Assembly: GCA_025355805.1 (NCBI GenBank)
Contig: JANXYY010000070.1
Coordinates: 1-50,152 of the forward strand
Source of the DNA: Actinomycetes bacterium
Lineage (GTDB): Bacteria; Actinomycetota; Actinomycetes; Nanopelagicales; Nanopelagicaceae
DNA length: 50,152 nucleotides
Reading direction: 5' to 3'
This document shows positions 1-12,533 of the stretch, piece by piece. The position numbers and the translations under genes were made by a program. Below the pieces are notes generated by a model. It was not told the origin of the DNA and did no database searches. It was given only the letters and a program-made list of their open reading frames with translations. Numbering within the stretch: the first letter of the stretch is position 1; every line of letters begins with the position of its first letter.

Positions 1-64
1 TGATAAAGTTCTAAGTACCCCGAAGAAGTGGTAATCCGCATCGGCGGGTGGCCTTCGCCGTTAG

Positions 65-1098
<1,034 letters not shown>

Positions 1099-1099
<1 letters not shown>

Positions 1100-2295
1100 T
1101 GACTGAGCTCCCCTCGTCTCGAGATCTTGTTGTTGAAGGACGCACCGTACTTGTGCGTTGCGATCTCAACGTCCCGATAAAAGACGGAGCTATCTCCGAC
1201 GATGGTCGGATCAGGGCATCGCTACCGACGCTTCGCGATTTGCTCGATCGGGGTGCTCGAGTTGTCGTAATCGCGCACCTGGGTCGGCCCAAGGGCGAGC
1301 GAAAAGTGGAATTGTCATTGGCGCCCGTGGCGATTCGACTTGGCGAACTTCTCGGATCGAAGGTGCATTTTGCCGTAGACACCATTGGCCAGAGCGCACG
1401 TGAGGTGGTGGGCGCTCTGGTTTCCGGTGAAGTTGCGCTTCTAGAAAATGTTCGTTTCGAAGCAGCCGAAACAAGTAAGGACGACGACGAACGTGGCGCG
1501 TTCGCTGATGCCTTGTCAAAATTCGGCGACTTATATGTTGGTGATGGATTTGGCGCAGTACATCGCAAGCATGCTTCGGTGTATGACCTTGCCTTTCGGC
1601 TTCCACATGCCGCCGGTGACCTGGTTCGCGCCGAAGTAGGGGTGTTACGCAAACTCACCGAGCATCCGGGGCGACCGTACGCGGTCGTTCTCGGCGGATC
1701 CAAAGTTTCCGACAAACTCGGTGTGATCGAAAACTTACTTACGAAGGTTGATCTCCTAGCCATCGGGGGAGGGATGGTCTTCAGTTTTCTCGCGGCCCTC
1801 GGGTATGAAGTGGGAACGAGTTTGCTTGAAGCAGATCAACTCGATGTAGTTCGAGGTCTGATAGCTCGGGCTCAAGAACTTGGTGTGACGCTCCTGCTAC
1901 CTACTGATTTCATTGTCGCCCCAACTTTCGCAGCGGATGCCACGCCAACACTAGTTTCTGCACATGCGATCCCGGCCGACCAAATGGGGTTAGACATCGG
2001 TCCAGTGTCTGCGGCAGCCTTCGCCACTGCAATCAAGGGTGCTAAGACTGTATTTTGGAATGGACCGATGGGTGTTTTTGAGTTTCCCGCATTTGCATCT
2101 GGCACGCAGACAGTTGCACAAGCGTTAACTGAGGTCGAGGGATTTTCGGTGGTGGGTGGCGGAGATTCTGCGGCTGCGATTCGTAATCTTGGTTTTGCCG
2201 ATAGTGCTTTTGGTTATATTTCCACCGGTGGTGGAGCCTCACTTGAATATCTCGAAGGAAAAATCCTGCCCGGTCTCGAAGCGTTGGAGTCATAA
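1099..2295 (+). CDS. pgk: Phosphoglycerate kinase
   Basis: The track ORF starts at 1042, but its first 19 codons overlap gap. ATG 1099 forms a TGATG overlap with the gap stop and gives a typical PGK N-terminus ([26 protein letters not shown]). The C-terminal motif [14 protein letters not shown] is present. Confidence 0.93.
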
Positions 2296-3086
2296 TGTCG
2301 CAAAGTCGTAAGCCAATAATGGCTGGTAATTGGAAGATGAATCTGAATCATCTCGAGGCGATTGCAGTCACGCAGAAATTGGCGTTCTCATTCAACGACA
2401 AAGATTTTGATGAAGTTGATGTCGTAGTGGTGCCTCCCTTCACTGATATTCGGTCCGTCCAAACCCTGATTGATGGTGATCACCTCAGGATTCGATACGG
2501 AGCCCAAGACGTCTCAGATCATCCAAATGGAGCCTTTACTGGAGACATCTCGGCTTCTATGTTGCGCAAACTCGGATGCAGTTATGTCCTGGTAGGGCAT
2601 AGTGAACGCCGCGAGTACCACAACGAAGGTGACGCTCTGGTTAACGCAAAATTAAAGATCGTGCTGGCAAACGAGATGACGCCGATTCTCTGTGTGGGGG
2701 AGCCGCTCCAGGTCCGCGAAAATGGCGATCAGGTCCAGCATGTGCTGAATCAGCTAGACCTTGCCCTCACCGATGTGAAGTTGATTGATGGAACCAAAAT
2801 TGTTATCGCTTACGAGCCCATCTGGGCAATTGGAACCGGACTTGTGGCCACCCCAGAGGATGCTCAAGAGGTCTGCATAGAAATTCGAAAGCGGATCGCT
2901 GCACTCTCATCGGAAAATGTCTCAAGTGCCATCCGAATCATCTATGGCGGTTCAGTAAAGGCCTCAAATGTCGTTGAAATCATGGCCCAACCGGATGTGG
3001 ACGGAGCTCTGGTTGGCGGGGCGAGCCTAGATCCGGAGGAGTTTGCCCGAATTGCCCGGTTCCCACACTTGTCTGCGGGAAAATAG
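2295..3086 (+). CDS. tpiA: Triosephosphate isomerase
   Basis: A 263-aa ORF with the TIM motifs AGNWKMN, VGHSERR and [11 protein letters not shown]. The start overlaps the pgk stop as TAATG. Confidence 0.95.
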   Translation: MSQSRKPIMAGNWKMNLNHLEAIAVTQKLAFSFNDKDFDEVDVVVVPPFTDIRSVQTLIDGDHLRIRYGAQDVSDHPNGAFTGDISASMLRKLGCSYVLVGHSERREYHNEGDALVNAKLKIVLANEMTPILCVGEPLQVRENGDQVQHVLNQLDLALTDVKLIDGTKIVIAYEPIWAIGTGLVATPEDAQEVCIEIRKRIAALSSENVSSAIRIIYGGSVKASNVVEIMAQPDVDGALVGGASLDPEEFARIARFPHLSAGK

Positions 3087-3173
3087 CTTCAACTTACCGG
3101 TATCCTTGGCCACCTGAAGGGGCGGCACTGGCTGGCCCCTGCTGAGAACTGCTATGAAGAAGAGGTTTGCGCG

Positions 3174-3404
3174 ATGGTTACGGCTCTATCGATCGTGTTG
3201 GTTATCACCAGCGTGCTGATGATTCTGCTCGTGCTGCTTCACAAGGGGAAGGGCAGTGGGTTGTCCGACCTTTTCGGCGGTGGAATCTCTTCGAACTACG
3301 GTGGATCATCCGTGGTCGAACGAAACCTAGACCGCATCACGATTGTTACTGGTGGCGTCTGGTTCGCAGCGGTTGTCGCTCTCGGCTTGATCCTCAAGAA
3401 GTAA
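3174..3404 (+). CDS. secG: Preprotein translocase subunit SecG
   Basis: A 76-aa protein with two TM segments and the SecG-type loop LLHKGKGSGLSDLFGGG. It holds the conserved position after tpiA. Confidence 0.85.
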   Translation: MVTALSIVLVITSVLMILLVLLHKGKGSGLSDLFGGGISSNYGGSSVVERNLDRITIVTGGVWFAAVVALGLILKK

Positions 3405-3416
3405 GGGCGGATAACG

Positions 3417-3758
3417 ATGGCAAGTGGTAGCGCAATTCGTGGCAGTCGAGTGGGCGCAGGCCCAATGGGTGAAGCTGAAAGAGGTGAGGCAGCGCCCCGT
3501 TTCCGCGTGTCTTATTGGTGCTCTAACGGCCACGAAACCCGTCCTTCATTTGCCGACGATGGCGCCGTTGCCCTCCCGACTGAGTGGGATTGCCCGCGTT
3601 GTGGCTTACCAGCGGGTCGCGATCAGGCCAACCCGCCTGCACCGCCAAAGAATGAGCCATACAAGACTCACCTTGCCTACGTGAAGGAACGTCGATCTGA
3701 AGTCGACGGAACAGCGATTTTGGAAGAGGCGCTCAGGAAGTTACGCGGCGACGAGTAA
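3417..3758 (+). CDS. rbpA: RNA polymerase-binding protein RbpA
   Basis: A 113-aa ORF with the core YWCSNGHE...WDCPRCG, followed by a basic linker and the C-terminal sigma-interaction helix KTHLAYVKERR. This family is specific to Actinobacteria. Confidence 0.85.
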   Translation: MASGSAIRGSRVGAGPMGEAERGEAAPRFRVSYWCSNGHETRPSFADDGAVALPTEWDCPRCGLPAGRDQANPPAPPKNEPYKTHLAYVKERRSEVDGTAILEEALRKLRGDE

Positions 3759-5289
3759 CTTCGCTTACTGCCGCAGCGATTTCAATCAGACCCTGATACC
3801 GATCCGTAAGATGAAGGCGAATCAACGGCACGCCTCTGGCACTCAGGGCGAGCCCGTCACCGATCGCCTGAGCCATTTGCAGGGTATGGAAAGAGTAGGG
3901 CCGATCCGGAATTGGATAGTCGCTTTTTACATCGCCCGTTATCTGTAAGAAAGCACCAATTGTTGGGTGGCCCTTGTGAAATTGTCCTGTGCTGTGTAGA
4001 AAGCGTGGTCCCCAGCCAAAAGTGACTGGCTGGGAGATGATCTTGCCGATTTCATTTCGCAAATTACTGGCCTGAGCATCCACAAAGCGATCCAGAAAAA
4101 CCATTAGTGCCAGATACCCGTGTTCTGGAACCTGGTCAAAGAATTCGTTGAGGGTGTCAGCAAGTGTTACTCCATCAAAATCTCCAAAAACTTCTACTGA
4201 ACCAAATCGAGTGCTTGATTTCATTGCCAACTGATCGGTGTGCTCGAGCGTGATTGAAGTCTTTTCCTTTGACTCCGCGACATTTGGTTGATCAAAAGGA
4301 TTTATCCCGATACTGCGGCCGAGTAAAGCAGTGGCCCACTCCCACAAAACAAATTGAGCGCCGAGTGGGCCATCAATTTTGATTTCAGCATCCACTTTTT
4401 CATTAAGGGCAATCGAAAGAATTCCTTCGCCCTCGAAGCCAGCGCTCTCGCACGTCTCGACCACGATCGGTAGGAGGCCATGATTAGCTTTACCCGTAGA
4501 TTCAGCCACAAGTTGTTCGACCCAATTGCCGATACCATCTGGAGCGAGAACCGAAAAAAACGCTGAAGTTTTTTCGTGTTCGGCAAGTAATGCCGCCAGG
4601 GTCACGGCTGGTGATTCCGGCGAGGACATGACCTGGATGACCGAGTCCGCATCGTGAATCAGTTCCGCGATATTTACACCTGCAAGCGCGCTGGGCAAAA
4701 GTCCGAAAGTAGTGAGCGCGCTATAGCGACCGCCAACAGTTGGATCCGCGGTCAAGATCCGATATCCGCTCGCGCTAGCCGACTTCTCGAGCGGTGAATC
4801 TGGATCAGTCACGATCATCATGTGATCAAGGGGAGATAGTTCCGCAGCTTTGAAGGCGTATTCGAAGGCCGCCATCGCTGAGGCAGTTTCGATTGTTGAT
4901 CCAGATTTAGATGAGATTACGACGACGGTATTTGGTAGGCGGTTGAAAATGGCGGAATGAATCTGTCCGGGATCGGTGGAATCGACGATCGTGATCTCTT
5001 TGCCGTAAACCCTACAAATGACCTCGGGAGCGAGTGAAGATCCGCCCATGCCACAAAGGACGACGCGATCAAGATGGTGATCGCCTGCCCACTTTACGAA
5101 CTCGGCAATTTTTGGCAGCAAGTCCAGGGCCTGCTCGGGGGAAGTGATCCAACCCAGCCTGACCGCCGCATCGCCTTCTGCATCAACGCCCCACAGTGAA
5201 GAATCCTTGACGGCCAATCGTGGCAGAATCGATTGAAGATCGCCGACAATGTCTGCCGCTGGCCTTTTCTTGCTGCTTAGCTCGATCAA
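3733..5289 (-). CDS. pgi: Glucose-6-phosphate isomerase (SIS-domain PGI, actinobacterial tal-associated type)
   Basis: A 518-aa ORF with the SIS phosphosugar-binding motif CGMGGSSLAPEV and a second SIS half. It lies immediately downstream of tal in the same orientation. Its 3' end overlaps the rbpA 3' end by 26 nt. Confidence 0.75.
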   Translation of the reverse strand: MIELSSKKRPAADIVGDLQSILPRLAVKDSSLWGVDAEGDAAVRLGWITSPEQALDLLPKIAEFVKWAGDHHLDRVVLCGMGGSSLAPEVICRVYGKEITIVDSTDPGQIHSAIFNRLPNTVVVISSKSGSTIETASAMAAFEYAFKAAELSPLDHMMIVTDPDSPLEKSASASGYRILTADPTVGGRYSALTTFGLLPSALAGVNIAELIHDADSVIQVMSSPESPAVTLAALLAEHEKTSAFFSVLAPDGIGNWVEQLVAESTGKANHGLLPIVVETCESAGFEGEGILSIALNEKVDAEIKIDGPLGAQFVLWEWATALLGRSIGINPFDQPNVAESKEKTSITLEHTDQLAMKSSTRFGSVEVFGDFDGVTLADTLNEFFDQVPEHGYLALMVFLDRFVDAQASNLRNEIGKIISQPVTFGWGPRFLHSTGQFHKGHPTIGAFLQITGDVKSDYPIPDRPYSFHTLQMAQAIGDGLALSARGVPLIRLHLTDRYQGLIEIAAAVSEVTRRRVTS

Positions 5290-5302
5290 CGGGACTCGCT
5301 TC

Positions 5303-6409
5303 CTATTTCATTATTTCAGCAACGGCAAGAAATAAGCCAGCCCATGCGGCTTCGAACTTCGCTACGCCATCGACTTCCAAGAAATCCACTACTTGATCGT
5401 ATGAAATTGCAAATTCATTGAGTGCATCAAGGTCTCTACGTGATTGGTCATAGGTTCCGCTGATGGTGTTACCCCGTGTCACTCCGTGATCTGCGACAGC
5501 CAGGAGGGTCGCTTCCGGCATGGTGTTCACCGTTTCCGGAGCAACCAATTCGATAACGTAGCGAGTGTCCTCGTAAGTTTTATCCTTAACCCCGGTAGAG
5601 GCCCACAGCGGACGTTGTCTGGTTGCACCCAATGCAGATAGTCGCTGCCACCGAGCTTCCGAAGTAATTCTTTCAAACGATTCATAAGCCAAGCGTGCGT
5701 TGGCAATGGCCGCCTTGCCACGGACCGCTACCGTCTCCGGCCTGGCGAGGGCATCTAGTTGTTTATCGACCTCAGTGTCGACGCGGGAGACGAAAAACGA
5801 CGCTACAGATTCGATTCCGGTCACCGGGAGATCTGCTGCCACTCGGTCCTCAAGACCCGATATGAAGGCATCGAGCACCGCTTCGTACCGAGCTCGCGAA
5901 AAGATAAGCGTGGCGTTGACGCTTATTCCTTCCGAGATGAGCGCTCGCATCGCGGGTAGGCCGGCAAGTGTGGCCGGCACTTTTACAAATAGATTTTTGC
6001 GATCAACGGTTTTCCATAATTTGCGCCCATCGGCAATCGTATCTGGCGTGTTATGCGCACAGCGCGGATCTACTTCGATGCTCACTCGTCCATCGCGACC
6101 GCCGGTCGCATCATAAACCTGAGCGAGTACATCACATGCGGTTCGGACATCATTTGTGGTAACCACCCGGATGGCCTCATCGACTGTGGCACCATCAGAT
6201 TTAAGTTTTGCAAATGCGGTTGCATAGAGGTCAGATTTTTCAAGAGCGACGGCGAATATGCTTGGATTGGTAGTCACGCCAACTACTCGAGACGTCTCAA
6301 TCAACTTCGCCAGCGAGTGTGGCGAGGAGCGGTCGATCAGGCGTGCCTGCGACATATCATCAAGCCAGATTGCAGTGCCAACAGCGCTTATTTCATCTAG
6401 AGTGCTCAT
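5303..6409 (-). CDS. tal: Transaldolase (long actinobacterial type)
   Basis: A 368-aa ORF with the motifs GVTTNPSIF, VSIEVDPR and the Schiff-base lysine context FVKVPAT. Confidence 0.92.
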   Translation of the reverse strand: MSTLDEISAVGTAIWLDDMSQARLIDRSSPHSLAKLIETSRVVGVTTNPSIFAVALEKSDLYATAFAKLKSDGATVDEAIRVVTTNDVRTACDVLAQVYDATGGRDGRVSIEVDPRCAHNTPDTIADGRKLWKTVDRKNLFVKVPATLAGLPAMRALISEGISVNATLIFSRARYEAVLDAFISGLEDRVAADLPVTGIESVASFFVSRVDTEVDKQLDALARPETVAVRGKAAIANARLAYESFERITSEARWQRLSALGATRQRPLWASTGVKDKTYEDTRYVIELVAPETVNTMPEATLLAVADHGVTRGNTISGTYDQSRRDLDALNEFAISYDQVVDFLEVDGVAKFEAAWAGLFLAVAEIMK

Positions 6410-8481
6410 TTTGCAGCCAAGGATTCACGGACTGCAGCGACAACAGCTTCGCTAGTGATTCCAAATTCTGAATAGAGTCGTTCCGAACTGGCGGAAGCAC
6501 CAAAATGTTCAAGGGATACCGAGCGACCACGATCGCCTACCAGTCCGCGCCAGGCTAGGGCGACCCCCGCCTCGACGCTCACTCTGGCCGTAACTTTCGC
6601 GGGCAAAACACTCTCTCGGTAGTCCGCCGATTCACGGGCGAACCATTCAAGAGAAGGAGCACTGACGACTCTGACGGAGATTCCCTGCGACTCCAGTTGA
6701 TCTCTGGCTTGCAAGGCAATACTGACTTCTGAGCCAGTGGCAATGATTATCGCCTGGGGGTCCTTATTTCCGGCTTCGATAAGCACGTACGCCCCCTTTG
6801 CTGCGCCCTCCGCTGTGGTGAATATGGTGCGATCGAATACCGGCAAGTTTTGCCTACTAAGAATTAAGCCAGCCGGACGCATTCGCTTCAGAATTTCCAG
6901 CCAGCATACGGCCACTTCATTTGCATCCGCCGGACGGACCACATCAAATCCTGGAATCGCACGTAAGGCGGTGAGATGTTCAACTGGTTGGTGCGTTGGA
7001 CCATCTTCACCGAGCCCGATTGAGTCGTGAGTCCAGACAAAAGTTACTGGGATTTTCATTAAAGCCGCGAGTCTTACTGCTGGTCTCATGTAATCGCTGA
7101 AAACTAAAAAAGTTCCACCGTAAGGGCGCGTCAGTCCTGCCAGCGTCATGCCGTTTAGGATCGAACCCATTGCGTGCTCTCGTATACCGAAATGGATAAT
7201 TCGACCAAATGGATTGGCGTTGTCGATTTTGCTACTGGTCGGCAAGAACGAATCGCCACCCTCAATTGTGGTGTTGTTGCTTTCGGCCAAATCTGCCGAA
7301 CCACCCCAGAATTCGGGCATCAAGCCCGCGATCTTTTGAATTACGTCACCCGATGCCTTCCGAGTTGATATTGAACTATCTGTGTCAAATGTCGGCAGCG
7401 CTTGCGCGAGATCCGCTGGAAGGTCTCGGCTCCTTAATCGAGTTAGCAAGGAATTCGAATCTGGATTCTCTAGTTGCCATTTGACGAACCTAATTTGCCA
7501 TTCCGCATGGAGTGCCGCCCCGCGTGTTTTAACTTCCCTAGCGTGTGCCAAGACTTCAACTGGCATCTGGAAGGAGAGGGTCGGGTCAAGACCTAATGCG
7601 CTTTTAAGTGCTGCGACCTCGCTCTCACCGAGTGCAGATCCATGCGCCTTGGATTTTCCCTGCGCATGCGGCGCCGGCCACGCTATAACGCTGTGCAGGT
7701 GGATGAACGATGGGCGATCTGTCGTCGACTTGGCTACTTGCATGGCACGATCAAGTGCGACCAAGTCGACGTCGCCAGTTGGCAGTGTGTCTACGTTCTG
7801 CACGTGCCATCCATAGGCGCGATACCGGGCGGACACATCTTCGGTAAATGAAAGGTGCGTATCGCCCTCGATTGAGATTCGATTGTCGTCGTAGATGACT
7901 ACCAGATTATCCAGACCTTGAGTGCCGGCCAGTGACGAAACTTCTGAACTCAGACCCTCCTGGAGATCGCCATCTGAAACTAATACCCAGACTGTGTAAT
8001 CGAAGAGCCCGCTACCTACTGGAGTCTTGGGTTCCAGTAAACCGTGCATGTATCGAGAGGACATTGCCATCCCGACTCCGTTACCGATGCCTTGCCCCAG
8101 TGGTCCAGTCGTAGTTTCTACTCCGATCGTGTGACCAAACTCTGGGTGACCAGGAGTGAGCGAGCCCCATGTTCGAAAGTGCTCTAGGTCATCCATCTCG
8201 AGGCCGTACCCACTCAGAAAGAGTTGCGTGTACTCAATGAGACTTGCGTGTCCGCACGATAATACGAATCGATCGCGACCCAACCATGCTGGATCTGCTG
8301 GATCGTGCCGAAGATGACGCTGATAGAGCAGATACGCCACTGGCGCAAGCGCAATCGCAGTACCGGGGTGACCGTTGCCCACTTTCTGAACCGCATCTGC
8401 AGCCAAGGCCCTGGCATGCACTATTGCCGCGTAGTCCAACGGTTTGAAATCAAGGGTAATGTCTTCGGTTTTCGAATTCAT
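6406..8481 (-). CDS. tkt: Transketolase
   Basis: A 691-aa ORF with the N-terminal GHPG, the ThDP-binding motif SDGDLQEG...NR and the pyrimidine-binding domain FGIREHAM. It overlaps the tal start by 4 nt. Confidence 0.95.
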   Translation of the reverse strand: MNSKTEDITLDFKPLDYAAIVHARALAADAVQKVGNGHPGTAIALAPVAYLLYQRHLRHDPADPAWLGRDRFVLSCGHASLIEYTQLFLSGYGLEMDDLEHFRTWGSLTPGHPEFGHTIGVETTTGPLGQGIGNGVGMAMSSRYMHGLLEPKTPVGSGLFDYTVWVLVSDGDLQEGLSSEVSSLAGTQGLDNLVVIYDDNRISIEGDTHLSFTEDVSARYRAYGWHVQNVDTLPTGDVDLVALDRAMQVAKSTTDRPSFIHLHSVIAWPAPHAQGKSKAHGSALGESEVAALKSALGLDPTLSFQMPVEVLAHAREVKTRGAALHAEWQIRFVKWQLENPDSNSLLTRLRSRDLPADLAQALPTFDTDSSISTRKASGDVIQKIAGLMPEFWGGSADLAESNNTTIEGGDSFLPTSSKIDNANPFGRIIHFGIREHAMGSILNGMTLAGLTRPYGGTFLVFSDYMRPAVRLAALMKIPVTFVWTHDSIGLGEDGPTHQPVEHLTALRAIPGFDVVRPADANEVAVCWLEILKRMRPAGLILSRQNLPVFDRTIFTTAEGAAKGAYVLIEAGNKDPQAIIIATGSEVSIALQARDQLESQGISVRVVSAPSLEWFARESADYRESVLPAKVTARVSVEAGVALAWRGLVGDRGRSVSLEHFGASASSERLYSEFGITSEAVVAAVRESLAAK

Positions 8482-8498
8482 TTAAGGGGGCTCCAGGG

Positions 8499-9449
8499 TT
8501 GGCATCAACTTGTCCTAACCCTAACCAATTTCGACCACTAGACTCCAGCCCCATGGCCTCGCACGAATTACGAATATCGGCTCGGGTCCGAACTTATGTT
8601 GCGCTGACTAAGCCACGCATCATTGAACTTTTGCTAGTGACCACATTGCCCACGATGATTCTGGCGGGCGGAAGGCTGCCCGGGTTCTGGCTGGCGCTGG
8701 CGACCCTGATTGGCGGGACGCTCGCCGCAGGCAGCGCCAATGCGCTTAACTCATATATTGACCGTGATATCGATGCGGTAATGCTTCGAACAGCACACCG
8801 ACCGCTCGCGAAGGCTCGTGTGAAACCCCAAAACGCGCTAATTTTCGGAATTCTCTTAGGCTTTTTTGCCATCACTTGGCTGGTCATCTTGGTCAATTTT
8901 TTAGCCGCAGTTCTATCTCTCGCAGCAATCCTATTTTACGTTTTCGTCTACACGTTGGCTCTGAAGCGTCGAACTCCTTCGAACATCGTGTGGGGTGGTG
9001 CTGCGGGCGCCTTTCCAGTTCTGATTGGCTGGGCCGCAGTGACGGACTCACTTTCCTGGGCGCCGGTTATTCTCTTTTTACTGATCTTTTTTTGGACCCC
9101 TCCGCATTACTGGCCACTAGCCATGAAATATCGTGATGACTACGCACGCGCCAAGATTCCAATGCTTCCAGTAGTCGCATCCGATGTCTTTGTGGCTAAG
9201 CGAATAATTCAGTACTCCTGGGTCATGGTTATCGTTTCCTTCGCGTTGACCCCGGTAGCCAAAATGGGATGGATCTACTCGATTACCGCTGTGGTTCTCG
9301 GTGCTGCGTTCTTATTTGAAGCGTACGGTTTGCAACGGCGGGTGAAGCGGAATGAACTGCCACTTGAGATGCGTTTGTTTCACGGCTCTATTTCATATCT
9401 CTCACTAATATTTCTTGCTGTTGCCATCGATCCATTGCTCCATTTTTAG
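8499..9449 (+). CDS. ctaB: Protoheme IX farnesyltransferase (heme O synthase)
   Basis: A polytopic UbiA-family protein with [11 protein letters not shown] and NxxxDxDID ([12 protein letters not shown]). The start is uncertain. TTG 8499 has AAGGGGG 8 nt upstream. ATG 8553 (MASHELR...) gives a length more typical of CtaB. Confidence 0.88.
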   Translation: MASTCPNPNQFRPLDSSPMASHELRISARVRTYVALTKPRIIELLLVTTLPTMILAGGRLPGFWLALATLIGGTLAAGSANALNSYIDRDIDAVMLRTAHRPLAKARVKPQNALIFGILLGFFAITWLVILVNFLAAVLSLAAILFYVFVYTLALKRRTPSNIVWGGAAGAFPVLIGWAAVTDSLSWAPVILFLLIFFWTPPHYWPLAMKYRDDYARAKIPMLPVVASDVFVAKRIIQYSWVMVIVSFALTPVAKMGWIYSITAVVLGAAFLFEAYGLQRRVKRNELPLEMRLFHGSISYLSLIFLAVAIDPLLHF

Positions 9450-10357
9450 GATGGCGACAGAGGATAGTCGGCTTCGACGCCAGCGCGTTTGATCCTTGCG
9501 TAGAGTAAGCATGTTGTTATCCAAACAACGTCCGCCCCAAGTAAATGCACCGCCACTAGCGCTTCTGGGAGTTTGGTGAAGTACTGCGTATATCCGATCG
9601 CACCCTGAATGATTATGGAGGCGAGCACCAACTGGGTGGATTTGATCAATCGACGATCCGCGTGCGTCAGGCGCAGCGCCAACCAGATTGCCAGCGCCAA
9701 CCCGCAAAATGCAATGACCATGTCGGCGTGTAGAAATGAAACGGTTCGGGGATCAAACCCGAATCGTTTTGCCGCTGCATCACCTGCGTGTGGTCCTGAT
9801 CCAGTGACCAATGTTCCGAGCGTGATAACCAGAGCGGCGATCAGTAGAAGGAGCGAATTTAAACGGCTAACTTCGCTCCGAACTGGTGCAAACTCTTCAA
9901 TTGGTCGGCTCTTGATCACAAGTGCAACCGCGCCACCGATGAGTGCCATTGACAATAGAAAGTGTCCTGCCACTGGGATTGGATTCAATTTGGTCAGCAC
10001 GGTCACGCCGCCCAGAAGTGCTTGCGCAAAAATGCCCGCAACCTGCACCCAGGCCAATTTCACGAGCCCAAGATTGGCTCGACGACGGGATTCATTTATT
10101 GCAAAATAGAGCGCTGCCAGAGCCAACGCCACCAAGACAAAGGTGACCATTCGATTACTGAATTCAATCACCCCGTGATAGCCGCGAAGTGAGTTGGCTT
10201 GCGGTGTATACGACCCGCTGGTGCATTTTGGCCAGGTGGGACAGCCAAGTCCAGAGCCGGTCAGTCTCACTAAACCCCCTGTTATGACGAGGGCGGCCTG
10301 CGCGAATACAAGGGCAATGAAGGTTTTCTGGGCTCGGGGTTGGGCGGCGGTGGGCAC
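9446..10357 (-). CDS. ctaA: Heme A synthase (COX15/CtaA)
   Basis: A 303-aa protein with about 8 TM segments. It has the N-terminal [16 protein letters not shown] cysteine pair and conserved His residues in the TM helices. It is convergent with ctaB, and the two stop codons overlap (TTTAG). Confidence 0.85.
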   Translation of the reverse strand: MPTAAQPRAQKTFIALVFAQAALVITGGLVRLTGSGLGCPTWPKCTSGSYTPQANSLRGYHGVIEFSNRMVTFVLVALALAALYFAINESRRRANLGLVKLAWVQVAGIFAQALLGGVTVLTKLNPIPVAGHFLLSMALIGGAVALVIKSRPIEEFAPVRSEVSRLNSLLLLIAALVITLGTLVTGSGPHAGDAAAKRFGFDPRTVSFLHADMVIAFCGLALAIWLALRLTHADRRLIKSTQLVLASIIIQGAIGYTQYFTKLPEALVAVHLLGADVVWITTCLLYARIKRAGVEADYPLSPS

Positions 10358-10422
10358 ACCACAAGAGTATTGGCTGGTGGGGCCGAGTTGCCGGCGAAGC
10401 CGAATTACGTCACACTTATGTT

Positions 10423-11127
10423 GTGAAAACCCAAGAGACGTCGACCCGTGATCGGGTGGCCCGGAGCATCTTGGAAAACGGGCCGTCGAGCGCGTATACG
10501 TTGGGTCAGCGATTAGGTCTCACTACTGCTGGAATCCGTCGCCACCTGGAAGCACTCCTCAGCGAGGGTCTCCTCTCGGCTCGCGAACCACGAATCAGCC
10601 TGCCTAGCCGTGGGCGCGGGAGACCGGCGAAGGTTTTTATCCTTACAGATCATGGCCGTGAACGGTTTGAGCACTCTTATGACGATTTGGCCGTCTCGGC
10701 GCTTCGCTACCTTGCCGCAACGGGTGGGGCTGGCGCCTTGATGGGATTTGCCCAATCGCGAGCAGTCGAAATTGAACGTCGGCACGCGCCTGCACTGGCT
10801 CGAGTTGGGTCACACCGGCGTTTGGCAGCGCTCGCAGATGGGTTGAACGAAGATGGGTTTGCCGCATCCATCCAATTGACTCCGATCGCCTCGGGGCTCG
10901 AACTTTGCCAACATCACTGCCCGATAGCTCACGTTGCCGCGGAGTTCCCGGAAATTTGTGAAGCCGAAACCGAAGCTTTTGGGCGGCTTCTGGGCACGCA
11001 CGTTCAACGTCTTGCCACCATCGCGCACGGCGACGGGGTATGCACGACATTTGTTCCGGCGGTTCGCACGACTCGGATCGTGAGTGCGAATCGAAAAATC
11101 TCAGGTAATCGAAAGGTGAGTACATGA
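10423..11127 (+). CDS. sufR: SufR-type winged-helix (ArsR/DeoR-like) Fe-S-sensing transcriptional regulator
   Basis: The N-terminal wHTH is [30 protein letters not shown]. The C-terminal Cys cluster is [10 protein letters not shown]...ICE...C. It lies directly upstream of sufB with an ATGA overlap. Confidence 0.8.
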   Translation: MKTQETSTRDRVARSILENGPSSAYTLGQRLGLTTAGIRRHLEALLSEGLLSAREPRISLPSRGRGRPAKVFILTDHGRERFEHSYDDLAVSALRYLAATGGAGALMGFAQSRAVEIERRHAPALARVGSHRRLAALADGLNEDGFAASIQLTPIASGLELCQHHCPIAHVAAEFPEICEAETEAFGRLLGTHVQRLATIAHGDGVCTTFVPAVRTTRIVSANRKISGNRKVST

Positions 11128-12533
11128 GTACAGCACACGCAGAACTTGATGGTTTAGGTCGCTATGAATATGGCTGGGCCGATAAGGACAGCGCTGGTGA
11201 AGGTGCCCGGCGAGGATTGAATGAAGAGGTGGTACGCGACATCTCCAGCAAGAAGAGCGAACCCGAGTGGATGCTTGATTTACGTTTGAAAGGTTTGCGC
11301 CTTTTCGACAAAAAGCCAATGCCGAACTGGGGTTCTGATCTATCCGGAATTCATTTCGACACCATCAAATACTTTGTGCGTTCGACTGAGAAGCAGGCTA
11401 CTTCTTGGGAAGACCTACCGGCCGAAATCAAGAACACTTACGATCGGCTTGGCATCCCAGAAGCAGAGAAGCAACGTTTGGTATCCGGCGTTGCCGCTCA
11501 GTACGAATCTGAAGTCGTCTACCACAAGATTCGTGAAGACCTTGCGGAACAAGGTGTCATTTTCGTAGATACAGACACGGCGCTCCGGGAATACGAAGAC
11601 ATTCTCAAGCAGTACTTCGGCACGGTGATTCCGGTTGGAGACAACAAGTTTGCCGCGCTTAACACTTCTGTTTGGTCGGGTGGATCTTTTATCTATATTC
11701 CAAAGGGAGTGAAGGTTGATATCCCTCTGCAGGCTTACTTCCGAATCAATACCGAAAATATGGGTCAGTTTGAAAGAACCTTGATCATCGCTGATGAAGG
11801 TTCCTACGTGCATTACGTCGAAGGATGTACAGCCCCGATTTACTCCTCTGATTCACTCCACAGCGCCGTCGTCGAAATTATTGTGAAGAAGAATGCGCGG
11901 GTTCGATACACGACAATCCAGAATTGGTCGAACAACGTCTACAACTTGGTCACGAAGCGCGCCATTTGCGAAGAAGGCGCAACCATGGAGTGGATCGATG
12001 GCAACATCGGTTCCAAGGTCACCATGAAATATCCCGCCGTATTCTTGATGGGACCCCACTCCAAAGGGGAGACCTTGTCAATCGCTTTCGCAGGCGAGGG
12101 TCAGCACCAAGATGCTGGGGCCAAAATGGTTCATGCGGCGCCATATACGTCTTCGACGATCATTTCAAAGTCGGTGGCACGCGGCGGTGGGCGTACCTCA
12201 TACCGTGGGCTAGTTCAGATCAACGAGGGGGCGCACCATTCACGGAGCACCGTCAAATGTGATGCATTGCTAGTCGACACGATTAGCCGGTCAGACACAT
12301 ATCCATACGTCGACGTGCGCGAAGATGACGTGACTATGGGACACGAGGCCACGGTATCTAAGGTGTCAGATGATCAACTCTTTTATCTCATGTCACGTGG
12401 TATCGCCGAAGATGAAGCAATGGCGATGATCGTTCGAGGCTTTATCGAGCCAATCGCTCGTGAATTGCCCATGGAATATGCCCTTGAGCTTAATCGCCTA
12501 ATAGCGTTACAGATGGAAGGCGCAGTCGGCTGA
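11124..12533 (+). CDS. sufB: Fe-S cluster assembly protein SufB
   Basis: A 469-aa ORF with a typical SufB N-terminus ([18 protein letters not shown]) and the C-terminal FYLMSRGI...A motif. No intein is present. Confidence 0.95.
   Translation: MSTAHAELDGLGRYEYGWADKDSAGEGARRGLNEEVVRDISSKKSEPEWMLDLRLKGLRLFDKKPMPNWGSDLSGIHFDTIKYFVRSTEKQATSWEDLPAEIKNTYDRLGIPEAEKQRLVSGVAAQYESEVVYHKIREDLAEQGVIFVDTDTALREYEDILKQYFGTVIPVGDNKFAALNTSVWSGGSFIYIPKGVKVDIPLQAYFRINTENMGQFERTLIIADEGSYVHYVEGCTAPIYSSDSLHSAVVEIIVKKNARVRYTTIQNWSNNVYNLVTKRAICEEGATMEWIDGNIGSKVTMKYPAVFLMGPHSKGETLSIAFAGEGQHQDAGAKMVHAAPYTSSTIISKSVARGGGRTSYRGLVQINEGAHHSRSTVKCDALLVDTISRSDTYPYVDVREDDVTMGHEATVSKVSDDQLFYLMSRGIAEDEAMAMIVRGFIEPIARELPMEYALELNRLIALQMEGAVG

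Noticed and set aside
3167-3430. An 87-aa ORF overlapping secG in a different frame.
   Set aside because: The secG frame gives a textbook SecG sequence. The alternative frame is Arg/Trp-rich shadow sequence.
11124-12533. A possible intein in SufB, as in Mycobacterium tuberculosis.
   Set aside because: At 469 aa, the protein is the normal intein-free length, and its sequence is continuous across the usual insertion region.
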